Notes: a model not told the origin generated them from the sequence alone. Numbered from the stretch's first letter, positions 1 to 10,455 are shown. The stretch is 40,043 bases of DNA from a virus (IMGVR_UViG_3300032233_002173:1-40043), one strand, 5' to 3'. Made by a program: numbers and translations.

Positions 1-540
1 GCCGTTGTTGGAGCAGCAGTCGTTGGAGCAGCAGTTGTCGGTGCTGCCGTTGTTGGAGCAGCAGTCGTTGGTGCAGCAGTCGTTGGAGCAGCCGTTGTTG
101 GTGCTGCTGTTGTAGGAGCTGCTGTTGTTGGTGCTGCTGTTGTTGGAGCTGCTGTTGTTGGAGCTGCTGTTGTTGGAGCTGCTGTTGTTGGTGCTGCTGT
201 TGTTGGAGCTGCTGTTGTTGGTGCTGCTGTTGTTGGAGCTGCTGTTGTTGGAGCTGCTGTTGTTGGTGCGGCCGTAGTAGGAGCAGTTGTCGTTGGTGCT
301 GCTGTTGTAGGACTAGCAGTTGTTGGAGCAGCAGTTGTAGGGCTAGCAGTTGTAGGGCTAGCAGTTGTAGGGGATGATGTAGTTGGTGATGCTGTTGATG
401 GAGCCGCCGTCGTTGGTGCTGTTGTAGGAGCAACCGTCGTTGGAGCTGCCGTCGTTGGTGATGGTGTTGTTGGAGCAGCCGTTGTAGGTGCTGCTGTTGT
501 TGGAGCCGCTGTTGGAGCCGCCGTTGTTGGTGCAGGTGTA
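1..540 (-). repeat. 15-bp coding tandem repeat (PTTAA/PTTAS pentapeptide)
   Basis: Plus-strand unit such as gctgttgttggtgct with mainly third-position variation. Confidence 0.95.
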
Positions 541-797
541 ATTGCGGGTGGATATAATGGAGTTCCTGCTACATATGGGACTTGTTGAATTATTTGTATT
601 GAATATACATTATTCGGTACTTGAATAGCAACTGTATTGCCTCCTGTAAATAAAGATTTTGCTAAATTAGTAGCATTACCTCCACCAGGATATAAAATAG
701 CATAAGCTAAAGCACCTCCGTTAGACGTGTTATAAAACACATCAAACGGACCATTTGCGTTGGAACTGCTTATGCTTACTCTAAAATATCTTGCCAT
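1..797 (-). CDS. Virion-associated protein with long PTTAA mucin-like repeat (3' end runs off the window; missing from ORF track)
   Basis: Manual translation from ATG at 797: MARYFRVSISSSNANGPFDVFYNTSNGG...YPPAITPAPTTAAPTAAPTTAAP..., open to base 1; ATATTTAT motif 6 nt upstream. Confidence 0.85.
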   Translation of the reverse strand, partial: MARYFRVSISSSNANGPFDVFYNTSNGGALAYAILYPGGGNATNLAKSLFTGGNTVAIQVPNNVYSIQIIQQVPYVAGTPLYPPAITPAPTTAAPTAAPTTAAPTTAAPTTPSPTTAAPTTVAPTTAPTTAAPSTASPTTSSPTTASPTTASPTTAAPTTASPTTAAPTTTAPTTAAPTTAAPTTAAPTTAAPTTAAPTTAAPTTAAPTTAAPTTAAPTTAAPTTAAPTTAAPTTAAPTTAAPTTAAPTTAAPTTAAPTTAAPTT

Positions 798-803
798 TAT
801 TGT

Positions 804-811
804 ATAAATAT
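804..811 (-). promoter_or_regulatory. Putative late promoter ATATTTAT
   Basis: Recurrent motif 4-23 nt upstream of structural-gene starts. Confidence 0.6.
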
Positions 812-827
812 TTTTATATAACTATTT

Positions 828-2081
828 TTAACTAGGATAAAATTCTTCAAATGATCCAGTAATAAACAATGCTAAAGTTGGTGCTGGTGTGGTAGGAGCA
901 GCTGTTGTTGGAGCAGCAGTCGTTGGAGCTGCAGTTGTAGGAGCAGCAGTCGTTGGAGCTGCAGTTGTAGGAGCAGCTGTTGTAGGAGCCGCTGTTGTAG
1001 GTGCTGCTGTTGTTGGTGCTGCTGTAGGTGAGAATGTTGGAGGAGGAGTTGGTGCAGTTGTAGGAGATGGTGTTGGTTGGGCTGTTGGAGATGGGGTTGT
1101 TGGAGCTGCTGTTGTAGGAGACGGAGTTGGAGGTGTAGGAGGTGGAGCAACACTAGATACACTTAAAGTAAAATCACATCCTATTGTAATTGATGTTGCT
1201 GCCGCTGTAAAGTCACAATCAGTAATCTTAGTTACAGTAACTGTAATTTTAGCTAAATTACTATAAACACTACCACATCCTAAATCTCTACTTGCTACTT
1301 TATAATAAGTTTCATAAACACCAGATGCACTAGTATTTAATAAAATATTTTGACCCACTTGATCTACAAAATATGAACTTCCAGATAATACAAAAGTAGC
1401 ATCATCAATTTCAAAATCTCTAGCATTTACATAACTAGAGTAATTGAACGAATGAGTTGTAGCTGAAGTATAAGTTAAGTTAATTGGTAGAGCAAATGGA
1501 GGATCAGGAAATATAGATTGAGATGATTGATTAGTTATTACAGCTAAACCATGAGCATAAAATATATTTCCGATGTGGGTTGTGCCATAATTGTATAAAT
1601 TACCAAAACCATCATCTGTAATACGATATGCAGATGAAGTTAAAACAAATGTATTTGGTAATACTTTATTACCATAAATGTCTTGATTGATAGATACTAC
1701 CTTAATACTATTCATTGCCCCTGTAGGGAATGCTTTTATTTGGTTAGCATTATCATTATAGATAAAATAAGATGATGTAGGGCGTTGTTGAGAAGCAGAC
1801 TCGTAATTATCTAACGTAAACATTAACGAGCTAGTATTTAAACTAGCTGAATATGTTTGATAGAATAAGTGGTTGATTTGGTTGTAAACTAAACGTTCGT
1901 ACTGGTCGTTAGTAATGGGATCTGTATCAGGATTAAAACTTCCTGTTATATTAGTTCCCTTATAAAGTGTAAAATATTCTGATGATGTCGGATACGAGCA
2001 TTGGATTATATTCCACTGCTTGTTAGCGGCATACGGTACGACCGTAACGTCTGATTTGCTTAGTTTTTTGAACGCCGACAT
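828..2081 (-). CDS. Structural (tail/baseplate-associated) protein with C-terminal P/T/A-rich repeat
   Basis: 417 aa; the ITDDGFGNL..GNIFYAHGLAVIT segment resembles phage baseplate/tail beta modules; PTTAA repeats at C-terminus. Confidence 0.65.
   Translation of the reverse strand: MSAFKKLSKSDVTVVPYAANKQWNIIQCSYPTSSEYFTLYKGTNITGSFNPDTDPITNDQYERLVYNQINHLFYQTYSASLNTSSLMFTLDNYESASQQRPTSSYFIYNDNANQIKAFPTGAMNSIKVVSINQDIYGNKVLPNTFVLTSSAYRITDDGFGNLYNYGTTHIGNIFYAHGLAVITNQSSQSIFPDPPFALPINLTYTSATTHSFNYSSYVNARDFEIDDATFVLSGSSYFVDQVGQNILLNTSASGVYETYYKVASRDLGCGSVYSNLAKITVTVTKITDCDFTAAATSITIGCDFTLSVSSVAPPPTPPTPSPTTAAPTTPSPTAQPTPSPTTAPTPPPTFSPTAAPTTAAPTTAAPTTAAPTTAAPTTAAPTTAAPTTAAPTTAAPTTPAPTLALFITGSFEEFYPS
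877..1150 (-). repeat. 15-bp coding tandem repeat (PTTAA) plus PTPSPT units
   Basis: Same unit as the repeat at 1-540. Confidence 0.92.
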
Positions 2082-2084
2082 GCA

Positions 2085-3080
2085 TTAATAGTCTAGTTTA
2101 ATTCTAATTAAAGCTTCCTTGGTAAAATCTTTTGTTAATGGTCTACTTAATTTTGCAACTGCCAATAACTCGTTATTATCATTATACATACCTACTGTTG
2201 TAACGTATGATTGTGGATTGTTAATTAAAGTTGTATATAATAAGTTACCGTTTGCATCTATAATAGATGGATTTGTTGTATAATTAAAATCACCATTCTT
2301 TACTCTTGTAAAGAAATATCTTGAAGATACTGTTTCTTCTGATTTTAATTGAAAAGAAGAGCCTGAAACTATTGATCTATATAATACAGCGTGATTATTA
2401 GATACTGCTGCCGTTCCTGTAGGTAATCCAATTGATGAAGTTACATAAGGTATAACTGAAGTAGCTGAACCTGATTTTGCATTTAATATAATAATATTAA
2501 GATCAGGGAACATCATTCCATAATATGAAGATGAAGCTGCATTATTAAATCCAGTACCATTACTTCCACTAATAACATAATAAACTCTATTTTCACCTAT
2601 GAAACGAGTTAAGTTTGTAGTTTTACTATCGTCTGTTAATCTAAGTGTACTACTACCACTTGTTAGAGTTAAATTAAATGAACCTGGTAGTAAAGCTTCT
2701 TTATAACGTCCGCGAGCAACATTAACTACAAAAATATCACTTCCTGTTGTTGCATAGTTATCAAAACTAAAGAATGTATCTTCAGTACCGTAAACTAAAT
2801 TTCTATATTCACCATATACAATTCTAGAAGGTGAAGCACCTGTTACAGCAGAATTAATTAATTTTGAACCAGAACCATTGATGTTACCATATTGGATTGA
2901 GAATTGAACTGAGGAGCCAGAGCATAATTCACAGTTATTGTAAACGTCTAAATAATATTCTGTAAAAGTACTAGCTGTATAGAAAGTACCTATAGTATTA
3001 TTGTCTCCACTCCATAAACCACGTACTACGGTTTCTGAACTAATTACTGAATCTTCTGGATTATATCTTGAAAATGACAT
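2085..3080 (-). CDS. Tail/baseplate structural protein with tail-collar-like C-terminal motif
   Basis: 331 aa; YVTTVGMYNDNNELLAVAKLSRP resembles the IxEIGLYDxxGxLIAVA end of phage tail-collar (DUF3751-type) domains. Confidence 0.6.
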   Translation of the reverse strand: MSFSRYNPEDSVISSETVVRGLWSGDNNTIGTFYTASTFTEYYLDVYNNCELCSGSSVQFSIQYGNINGSGSKLINSAVTGASPSRIVYGEYRNLVYGTEDTFFSFDNYATTGSDIFVVNVARGRYKEALLPGSFNLTLTSGSSTLRLTDDSKTTNLTRFIGENRVYYVISGSNGTGFNNAASSSYYGMMFPDLNIIILNAKSGSATSVIPYVTSSIGLPTGTAAVSNNHAVLYRSIVSGSSFQLKSEETVSSRYFFTRVKNGDFNYTTNPSIIDANGNLLYTTLINNPQSYVTTVGMYNDNNELLAVAKLSRPLTKDFTKEALIRIKLDY

Positions 3081-3094
3081 GTTATTAAATTATT

Positions 3095-3757
3095 TTAGAA
3101 TGTTGATACTTTTTGGATATTTAATGGAATAGTAATTCTTGCACCACTGTCTCTACCAATTACAGTAATTGTAGTAGCTAAAGATGATAATGAAGAACCA
3201 AACAATGTATTAATTGTTGTACCAGTTAATGTAAATGAAGTACCAATTTGAGTTACAGATAAAACAGCTCCTGTTGTTGTGTTTAAACCAGAAATTGGAG
3301 CAGTTGAAGTAATACCTGTTCCTGAGAATGAAGATACTAAACGAGAATCAGCAATTGTAGCTGTGTACCCGTTTGCTTCGAATGTACTTGTTGAACCTAA
3401 GTAGTTTAATGTTTGAGGTGTTATTGTTAATGATGCACCTTGACGCAATGAAATACTGTTATATCCAATATTGATAACCGGTAGTTTAGAAGTACCACGA
3501 GGTAAAGTTACTAATTTGTAACGCATGATTTGTGATTCGTTTGGAATAGCTTCCAAAATAGGAGTATTCTCAATTGCTTCACCATAGAATGCAGATCCTG
3601 ATGGGTGATTTGGATTATACAAAGTATAATCAATCTCATCATCAGCTAATGCGAATTGTGTGATTTGAAATGAACCATCATTACGAGCCAACAATTCACG
3701 GCCCTTCGTGGTTAATATTGCATCTACTGTTACTGTCGTAGGATTTAAAATTGCCAT
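3095..3757 (-). CDS. Tail/baseplate structural protein with tail-collar-like N-terminal motif
   Basis: 220 aa; ILTTKGRELLA...ITQFALADD resembles the start of DUF3751-type collar domains. Confidence 0.55.
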   Translation of the reverse strand: MAILNPTTVTVDAILTTKGRELLARNDGSFQITQFALADDEIDYTLYNPNHPSGSAFYGEAIENTPILEAIPNESQIMRYKLVTLPRGTSKLPVINIGYNSISLRQGASLTITPQTLNYLGSTSTFEANGYTATIADSRLVSSFSGTGITSTAPISGLNTTTGAVLSVTQIGTSFTLTGTTINTLFGSSLSSLATTITVIGRDSGARITIPLNIQKVSTF

Positions 3758-3780
3758 AATTCTTTATGTTGTATATACTA

Positions 3781-3788
3781 ATAAATAT
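3781..3788 (-). promoter_or_regulatory. Putative late promoter ATATTTAT
   Basis: Intergenic, 23 nt upstream of ATG at 3757. Confidence 0.6.
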
Positions 3789-3804
3789 AATAAAATTCTA
3801 GATG

Positions 3805-6800
3805 TTATCCAAAGGTACCACCACTAATGTTGTCTATTGCTGACTGTTCGCTAAGTAATTTTTGCTTAACTTCTTTAGTAATAACGTCAATCTTGGCTAA
3901 TACATCAGGTGAAATATCGTTTGGTATTATAAAACCATATGAAGTTTTACCTTCACGTTTTTTAAATGTTAAGTAAGCACTTGTTTCATCCTGTCTACGA
4001 GATAAAACTAAGAAATATCTATATAATCCACCACCGGTGTTAGCTAAATCCGTTCTTAATAAAGCAGGTAAAGGACTATCTAATTTTACTCTCAATAATG
4101 GATCAGCACTATCTGGGGTGTTTATAGATAATACTCTAGATTCAATATAAGTTCCATCAGATAAACCTACAACTATTATATCATAAGGATTAATTTGAAA
4201 TGGATAATCAACAAACCCATATTCATCAAATAGACTATTTACTGGTAAAGCACTTCCTGTTGATAATGGATTTGGGACAAATAAGTAATTACTACCATAA
4301 AAACTAGATATGCCTTGACTAAATATAATTTCATCATTTGATCCAGTAATTGAAGCAGAAATTGCTAGTGAAGCTGAATTAAAATATCCACCAGGTGAAC
4401 ATGTTGTTGAAGCATATCCTGTTGATACTGAAAGTGAGCTTACAGTTAATAAACCGGAATTAGAGAAGGAAGCGGTATAATTTGCTGTTGATGTAGAGGT
4501 TTGTAAGAATTTTATTGATATTTTATCTCCTTGGTTGGCGCTTATATTTGAGTTATTAATAGTAAAAGTAGCAGATTGTACACCTGTAGGAGTATCAAAG
4601 TCATCTATTCTATACACATTATCATCAAATTCAAATCTAGTAGTAACACTAGTAAAACCACAATCTATAGGTGTTGGATATACACCACCATAGTTGTTTA
4701 AACTATACCATTCACCACTTCCACCTCCAAAAGTACAAGTAGGATATCCACTACCAGTTAAAAAATAAGCATTCCATTTTGTAAATGTAGTTCCCGCTGG
4801 ACGATTTAGTCCACCTAGAAGAATAGGTTTATTACTAACTACTGTTGTTGGGTATAAAACAGATTGATAACTATATAAAGCTGTTTGACTACTAGAAGCT
4901 GTAGCTGAGTTTAATATCTCAATAGTTTGGGTAGATGAATCTACTAAACTTCCGTTTTTATATACTCCTAGTTGCCATGTTTGTGTACCACCTTGTGGCA
5001 TTGATACATCAATAGATAATGAAGCACTTACTTTATGTGCACCACCTTCTTGAATAGAATATGTTGGAGGCAACAATCTTGTACCTGCAGTTAAATAAGA
5101 TCCTCCTTGAATTACACTGTCAAAAATATTTTTTACCTCCCCAGAAGATACGGGATAATTATTTGTAGTATACCCATTAATAGTTAATGAAGCTGTTGCT
5201 TCAGTTTTAGCTAAAGATAGATAACTATTAGATGAACCTTGAAATTGGAAATATAATTGTTGATCAACACTACAAGTACCAAAATATAATATTGGAGAAT
5301 AAGAATATCCACTATCAAAAATATCTTTAGTACCGTCTGTTGTCTTTTGAGAACTAAACTTTTGCACATCAAATTGAGATACATCTAAAGTTTCACCTTG
5401 TACAAATGTATTTTGAATTTCTTCCCAATGTTTGTTACGTTGATTTAATTCAGTTAATTCACCTGCTTCATCTACAAGATATAATAATCTAACGCTATTA
5501 CGTCCTGGTAAGTAAGATGACGAAACTATATCTGTAAATAGGCCTAGTTTGCGTGAACGACGATCAATTGTAGCTGTTTTACCATATGAAATGTCACCAT
5601 CATATGTTGTAGAAGCGCTAGTATAATTGTTATATGTTAAACTAGATAATTTAGATCCTTCATATCTTGACAATTGATGTGTTCTTAAAGACTCATATGA
5701 ATCTTGTAATTCAGCTGAAGATGTTATTGTTCGTGTTGTGCCAAAAATATATTCAATTTCTTGTCTAGTATTAGATACTAAACTATTAGTTACATTATTA
5801 AATAACACATTAAAATCAGAGTGTGAAAATTTATTTGGATTAGCACTTTCACTTATAGTATGTTGTGCATTCCAAGATGCTGTTGTACCTAATACGTAAG
5901 GATTAGGATTAGAATCTTCATAATAAGAATATACGTCAATAGCACTACCTGTTATATCTCCGTCATAATAAGCAGATTTATCACCAGATAATTTAGTATA
6001 TAAAGTAGTATATTCAGTTGAAATGTCAACAGGATCAATAGTACCTTCTTTAACATCTATTTCAGATGTAGATGATGGATTAGCATAAGACCATTTATTT
6101 CTTTCTAATACAGGAGAAGTAATACTAATACCAGTAGATAGATTAGCTCTTGCAGGAACATAATCTTTCAACATTTTAAATAATGAATTATCAAAAAATT
6201 GTATTAATCTAATAAAACTATTATAGTCAGTAGCACCAATTGAACCGCTACCAGCAGAGCCGGTAAAGGGTACTATAGAAGCACTTAATGGAGAATAATA
6301 TTTGGTACGTTCTGTTTCTAATGTTGAGTATGAGCTACTGTATTGAGCTCTAGGATCACCAATAAAGTCATCTAAACTCCAAGTTGTTGTAGCAGCTGCA
6401 ATAGAGGCAGATGCGAATATGTCAATTTTTTCTTGAGGTGAAAAAGAAACATCTACATAGTGTAAGTCATTAGTTCTGAATAATGTAGAGGCTGTTGGAT
6501 ATGATTGTAAACTAATGTTTGGAGATAATACGCTACCTGTAATTGTATTAGATACAATCCTAATTTTATCATTATTAAATTCATCTAGTAAACCCGTTTT
6601 AGTATCACCACCATATTCTTTAACTTGTAAAATACTACCTGTAATACCAAAAGTAGATACTAATGTTTGTAAGCCATAAGCTGTACCTTTTGTTTTTAAT
6701 AGTAAAGGTAAGTTGTGATAAATTCTTTTATATGATTCTGCTAATAAATCTTTTTTAGGTAATGTGTTTAGATAAGAACCAGTATAAGTAAAATTATTAT

Positions 6801-8376
6801 CCCAATTAGCACTACCACTTGCACCAATTAAAAAGCTAATATTGTCTGAATCTCCGTATTGGTTGTATAATTTAATTCCCAATGATTGTAATACATCATA
6901 TATTAAATCTTTAGAAACGCCTTGTTCTAGGTTGTTATTCGCTAAATTAACATCCGTTACTGCTTGTAAGAAAATCCAAATATTATCAAAATAATGACCA
7001 ATCATGTTAACAAACGTAACATAAGGATCATTATCTTCATCATCTTTAATAAATGATGGCAATGTATTTATTATATAATTTTGATTATTATCATCATAAT
7101 TAGCAGCACTAGCTGTAGATGCTATTAACCAAGTTTGGGCTTGAGCAGACGATGTAGAATATGCTGTATAAGGTAAAGTAGATGTTGATTTTGGATAAGG
7201 AGTAATACCATATGTGTCTGATGTAGTTAAAGATCCACTTTCAAAATACATATAATATTCAAATCCATCAAACTTAGAAATTATATTATTAATACTAGAT
7301 GTAGCAAAATTATAATCATTAATTAAATCAGCTCGGCTTGCTGTTAATGGAATATAAATAGATATATTTGTTTTATAATCTTCAATTTGTTTTACTTTAT
7401 TGTAAAAATTTAATACTCTTTGCTCAGCCGAACTAAAGAATGTAAAATTAGTAAAATTAGTATAATCCGTATTAATATCAATACTTTGTGAAGTAATTAA
7501 ACTTAAAAGTTGTTGATATGAAGATGTAGATATGCTTTGTACGCTATTAACTAAACTAGTATATGTTTGGTATGAAGTAGCAATATTATTTTGGTTATCT
7601 ATTTTAATACCAAAATTAGGACCTCTTAATAACGGAATTGGAGGAGGTAAAATTAATTTATCTAAATTAAGATTAAAAGAATATGGATTAACTTTTTCTC
7701 TAACAACCCATAAACTTGTCTTTTCAGAAATATTGTTTGGTAATGGTTGATATAATTTAAATAATATTTCGTATCCAGACTCAACTTTATTCAATGCCAC
7801 GTTTACAGCTACTGCTTGAGTATTATCTCCAAAATTAATAAGATAATCAACAAAATAAGCAGAACTTGAATATTCATTAATAAGTGATAATGAGCTACTT
7901 TCGATTTGAGCATTAGTTAAAACTGTAGATCCAACTCTAATTTCAGTCCTATCTGCTGATATTTCTTTTAAAAATAATTCAGCACTGGAATCTGAAATTC
8001 TATTATTAAAGAAATTATATTGTACTTTAAATTCACCCGATGAATAACCTAAATTTCTTAGATCTAAGATAGGATCTATTTCTATTATTGGTAGTGTAGA
8101 AGGAGATATATTATAATTAGAAACAACACCAACGGCGTCTTTATAAGGAGCTGGGTTTAATCCAAATGTAGATGGTAATTTAAAACTTTTGTAGTTATAA
8201 TTTGCATTTAAAAGATTACCACCAGCATCGTATATAAAATATTCTATATAATCATCTTGTTGGCCAAAATTTTCCTGTATTATATTAGAAGACAATAAGT
8301 TAGTATCTTCATTATTATAACGAGATACTTGTTCTGTATTTAAAATTGAACCTACTATTTGTATATTATTAGCCAT
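3805..8376 (-). CDS. Large baseplate wedge/tail structural protein
   Basis: 1523 aa; YKRIYHNLPLLLKTKGTAYGLQTLV resembles the KGT motif of P2 gpI/T4 gp7-type wedge proteins; baseplate context. Confidence 0.65.
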   Translation of the reverse strand: MANNIQIVGSILNTEQVSRYNNEDTNLLSSNIIQENFGQQDDYIEYFIYDAGGNLLNANYNYKSFKLPSTFGLNPAPYKDAVGVVSNYNISPSTLPIIEIDPILDLRNLGYSSGEFKVQYNFFNNRISDSSAELFLKEISADRTEIRVGSTVLTNAQIESSSLSLINEYSSSAYFVDYLINFGDNTQAVAVNVALNKVESGYEILFKLYQPLPNNISEKTSLWVVREKVNPYSFNLNLDKLILPPPIPLLRGPNFGIKIDNQNNIATSYQTYTSLVNSVQSISTSSYQQLLSLITSQSIDINTDYTNFTNFTFFSSAEQRVLNFYNKVKQIEDYKTNISIYIPLTASRADLINDYNFATSSINNIISKFDGFEYYMYFESGSLTTSDTYGITPYPKSTSTLPYTAYSTSSAQAQTWLIASTASAANYDDNNQNYIINTLPSFIKDDEDNDPYVTFVNMIGHYFDNIWIFLQAVTDVNLANNNLEQGVSKDLIYDVLQSLGIKLYNQYGDSDNISFLIGASGSANWDNNFTYTGSYLNTLPKKDLLAESYKRIYHNLPLLLKTKGTAYGLQTLVSTFGITGSILQVKEYGGDTKTGLLDEFNNDKIRIVSNTITGSVLSPNISLQSYPTASTLFRTNDLHYVDVSFSPQEKIDIFASASIAAATTTWSLDDFIGDPRAQYSSSYSTLETERTKYYSPLSASIVPFTGSAGSGSIGATDYNSFIRLIQFFDNSLFKMLKDYVPARANLSTGISITSPVLERNKWSYANPSSTSEIDVKEGTIDPVDISTEYTTLYTKLSGDKSAYYDGDITGSAIDVYSYYEDSNPNPYVLGTTASWNAQHTISESANPNKFSHSDFNVLFNNVTNSLVSNTRQEIEYIFGTTRTITSSAELQDSYESLRTHQLSRYEGSKLSSLTYNNYTSASTTYDGDISYGKTATIDRRSRKLGLFTDIVSSSYLPGRNSVRLLYLVDEAGELTELNQRNKHWEEIQNTFVQGETLDVSQFDVQKFSSQKTTDGTKDIFDSGYSYSPILYFGTCSVDQQLYFQFQGSSNSYLSLAKTEATASLTINGYTTNNYPVSSGEVKNIFDSVIQGGSYLTAGTRLLPPTYSIQEGGAHKVSASLSIDVSMPQGGTQTWQLGVYKNGSLVDSSTQTIEILNSATASSSQTALYSYQSVLYPTTVVSNKPILLGGLNRPAGTTFTKWNAYFLTGSGYPTCTFGGGSGEWYSLNNYGGVYPTPIDCGFTSVTTRFEFDDNVYRIDDFDTPTGVQSATFTINNSNISANQGDKISIKFLQTSTSTANYTASFSNSGLLTVSSLSVSTGYASTTCSPGGYFNSASLAISASITGSNDEIIFSQGISSFYGSNYLFVPNPLSTGSALPVNSLFDEYGFVDYPFQINPYDIIVVGLSDGTYIESRVLSINTPDSADPLLRVKLDSPLPALLRTDLANTGGGLYRYFLVLSRRQDETSAYLTFKKREGKTSYGFIIPNDISPDVLAKIDVITKEVKQKLLSEQSAIDNISGGTFG

Positions 8377-8711
8377 TATTTTTTAGTCAAATCGTTTATT
8401 GTTGTTTGTGCTTCAAGTACTTGTTGTCTTAATGATGTAATTTCGTTTAATAACGCTTGAATATCATCTTGACTAATACTAATATCTAAATAATCAGCCT
8501 CTTTTTGTAGAATATATTTATGAGAATTTGTATCTCCTTCTTTAGGAATTTGATAAAATAATTCTTCATATAATTGAAAAAAATCATCTACAGTAAAAGA
8601 TAAAGTATCCTCAGTAGCCCCTTGATTTAACAATTGACTAAATTGGGTATTAATTACTCTACCATAAGTATCCTTATTAAATACAGTTTTCTGTACTGGT
8701 ATTTCAGACAT
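8376..8711 (-). CDS. Hypothetical structural protein with C-terminal coiled coil
   Basis: 111 aa; 1-nt overlaps with both neighbours. Confidence 0.75.
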   Translation of the reverse strand: MSEIPVQKTVFNKDTYGRVINTQFSQLLNQGATEDTLSFTVDDFFQLYEELFYQIPKEGDTNSHKYILQKEADYLDISISQDDIQALLNEITSLRQQVLEAQTTINDLTKK

Positions 8712-9811
8712 TATCTTATAACTTTAAAAATATAATCTTTATCAGATACTATTGTTTCTCCATTTGACAATATAGTTTTAAGGAGAATTTTATAGTAACG
8801 TTCAGGTTCTAATCCATTCATATATACTGTAAAATAATTACTTGTTGAATCGCATCCAATCTTAGTACCTGTTGTGTCGTAATCTACGACAATTTCTTCA
8901 GTATCCAAATCTTTTATTGACCAATATGAAGAAGATGGTAAACATTTTTGATTTCCAAAATTTAACGATGTTCTAAAAGTAGTTGGTTGGTATAAATCTC
9001 TGACAGCAACTCTAAATCTAGTAACAGAATCTTGTTGATATTCAGCGTTGTTATTATTAATTGCAGCTGTAAAGTAGCTAGATGTAACTACACTTAAAGA
9101 ACCTGTAACATATGTTGTATCATTCCATTTTATTTCTAAACATGGAGGATATATAGTATGAGTATGGTCTGAGAAATATTTTAATTCGAATTTCGATGCT
9201 GATGTAAATTCTATAGATGAAGAATTTTTTAGTATAAGTCCGTAGTTAGGGATAGAACTACTATACCAAGCAGCAACAGCATTAGTTACTGTAAAGTTAA
9301 TATCTTTAGTAGCTATTTCAGAACCAAAACTTTGAGTAGCAAGATATGTTGAAGAAGTATACCAATTACCACCACCTGCATTACCCGTAGCACTATAAGA
9401 TCCGGTAGTACCTGTTGTGAAACTAGAAGTTTGCCATATATTAATATCAAGTTCATTTCTAAATTTCCAACTTACACCATCCGTTGTAATAGGAACATTA
9501 CCTAATCTACCAGTACCCTGATTCCAGTCTTGAGATAAAGCGCGAGCTTCTAAAGTAAAGGAAGTTGGTATCTGTGATGTATTAGCTACAAATAATTTTA
9601 ATGAAGCTGAAAATGCACTTGAACTAACCAATGCCATAGCAAGGCTAATCTCAGATGAGGGGAACTTTAATAATGTACGTGATACTTCGTTAGTACTATT
9701 AATTGATTCGAATGTGCTTATTTCTAATATTTCATCTAACCCTGTATTTAACGTTGGGTAGAATGAATATATTGTTGCACTTTTTTCAGGGAATATTTTA
9801 TAAACTGCCAT
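8711..9811 (-). CDS. Virion structural protein, possible DNRLRE-like beta-sandwich domain
   Basis: 366 aa; SATIYS...SRTLLKF...NFTVTNAVAAW...NYGLILK...PCLEIKW pattern; domain call tentative. Confidence 0.55.
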   Translation of the reverse strand: MAVYKIFPEKSATIYSFYPTLNTGLDEILEISTFESINSTNEVSRTLLKFPSSEISLAMALVSSSAFSASLKLFVANTSQIPTSFTLEARALSQDWNQGTGRLGNVPITTDGVSWKFRNELDINIWQTSSFTTGTTGSYSATGNAGGGNWYTSSTYLATQSFGSEIATKDINFTVTNAVAAWYSSSIPNYGLILKNSSSIEFTSASKFELKYFSDHTHTIYPPCLEIKWNDTTYVTGSLSVVTSSYFTAAINNNNAEYQQDSVTRFRVAVRDLYQPTTFRTSLNFGNQKCLPSSSYWSIKDLDTEEIVVDYDTTGTKIGCDSTSNYFTVYMNGLEPERYYKILLKTILSNGETIVSDKDYIFKVIR

Positions 9812-9829
9812 AGTTAGTAATTACTACAT

Positions 9830-9837
9830 ATAAATAT
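9830..9837 (-). promoter_or_regulatory. Putative late promoter ATATTTAT
   Basis: Intergenic, 18 nt upstream of ATG at 9811. Confidence 0.6.
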
Positions 9838-9855
9838 GTTAAATACCAAACTATT

Positions 9856-10455
9856 TTACGCTAGTAACGCGTGATATTCTTTAAAATGTTTGATACGATC
9901 TGGTAAACCAATTGTACCACCATTAACACGTTTAGTGATTGATGTAACAACTGCGTCAGTTGCACCACCATCCGCCATAATATGTAATTTATTTTTATTA
10001 AAGAACCAAGCAGCTGATAATAATGCATATTTTTCTGCTACCCATGTTGGATTAGCGGCAATATCTTCATTAATTGATTTACCAAATGCTGTATAGTTGT
10101 CTTTACCAGTTAACTGAATATAACCGCGACCACAGAATTTAGCACCTTCACCAGACGCTTCCGGACCATTACCCATTCTATTACCATATACTTTATTGGC
10201 AATTTTTTCTGGTTTACGAGCATATTGATTTGCTAATGCCTCGTTAGGGAAATATTTTTTAAATATACCCATTAAACCTTTAGCACTATAATTTAAATTT
10301 TCTTTAGTTAATCTAAACCCACCTGATTCATGACCACATTGGGCTAAGAAATGAGCTAAGCGTAATGGAGTATTGATTTGAAACTTTTCCATTACTCCTG
10401 GAATTTGAGCTATTACTGTGTCTGGGATGTGTCCTTTTAATTTTTCTAAATTCAT
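9856..10455 (-). CDS. Glycoside hydrolase family 19 lysozyme (endolysin or virion lysin)
   Basis: AHFLAQCGHESGGF, ENLNYS, GRGYIQLTGKDNY, SAAWFF and ITKRVNGG motifs. Confidence 0.93.
   Translation of the reverse strand: MNLEKLKGHIPDTVIAQIPGVMEKFQINTPLRLAHFLAQCGHESGGFRLTKENLNYSAKGLMGIFKKYFPNEALANQYARKPEKIANKVYGNRMGNGPEASGEGAKFCGRGYIQLTGKDNYTAFGKSINEDIAANPTWVAEKYALLSAAWFFNKNKLHIMADGGATDAVVTSITKRVNGGTIGLPDRIKHFKEYHALLA

Noticed and set aside
1-540. Possible CRISPR array
   Set aside because: Contiguous 15-bp units with no unique spacers and codon-type variation; this is a coding repeat
872-1266. ORFs 872..1162 (-) and 889..1266 (+)
   Set aside because: Alternative-frame and antisense shadows of the stop-free PTTAA repeat
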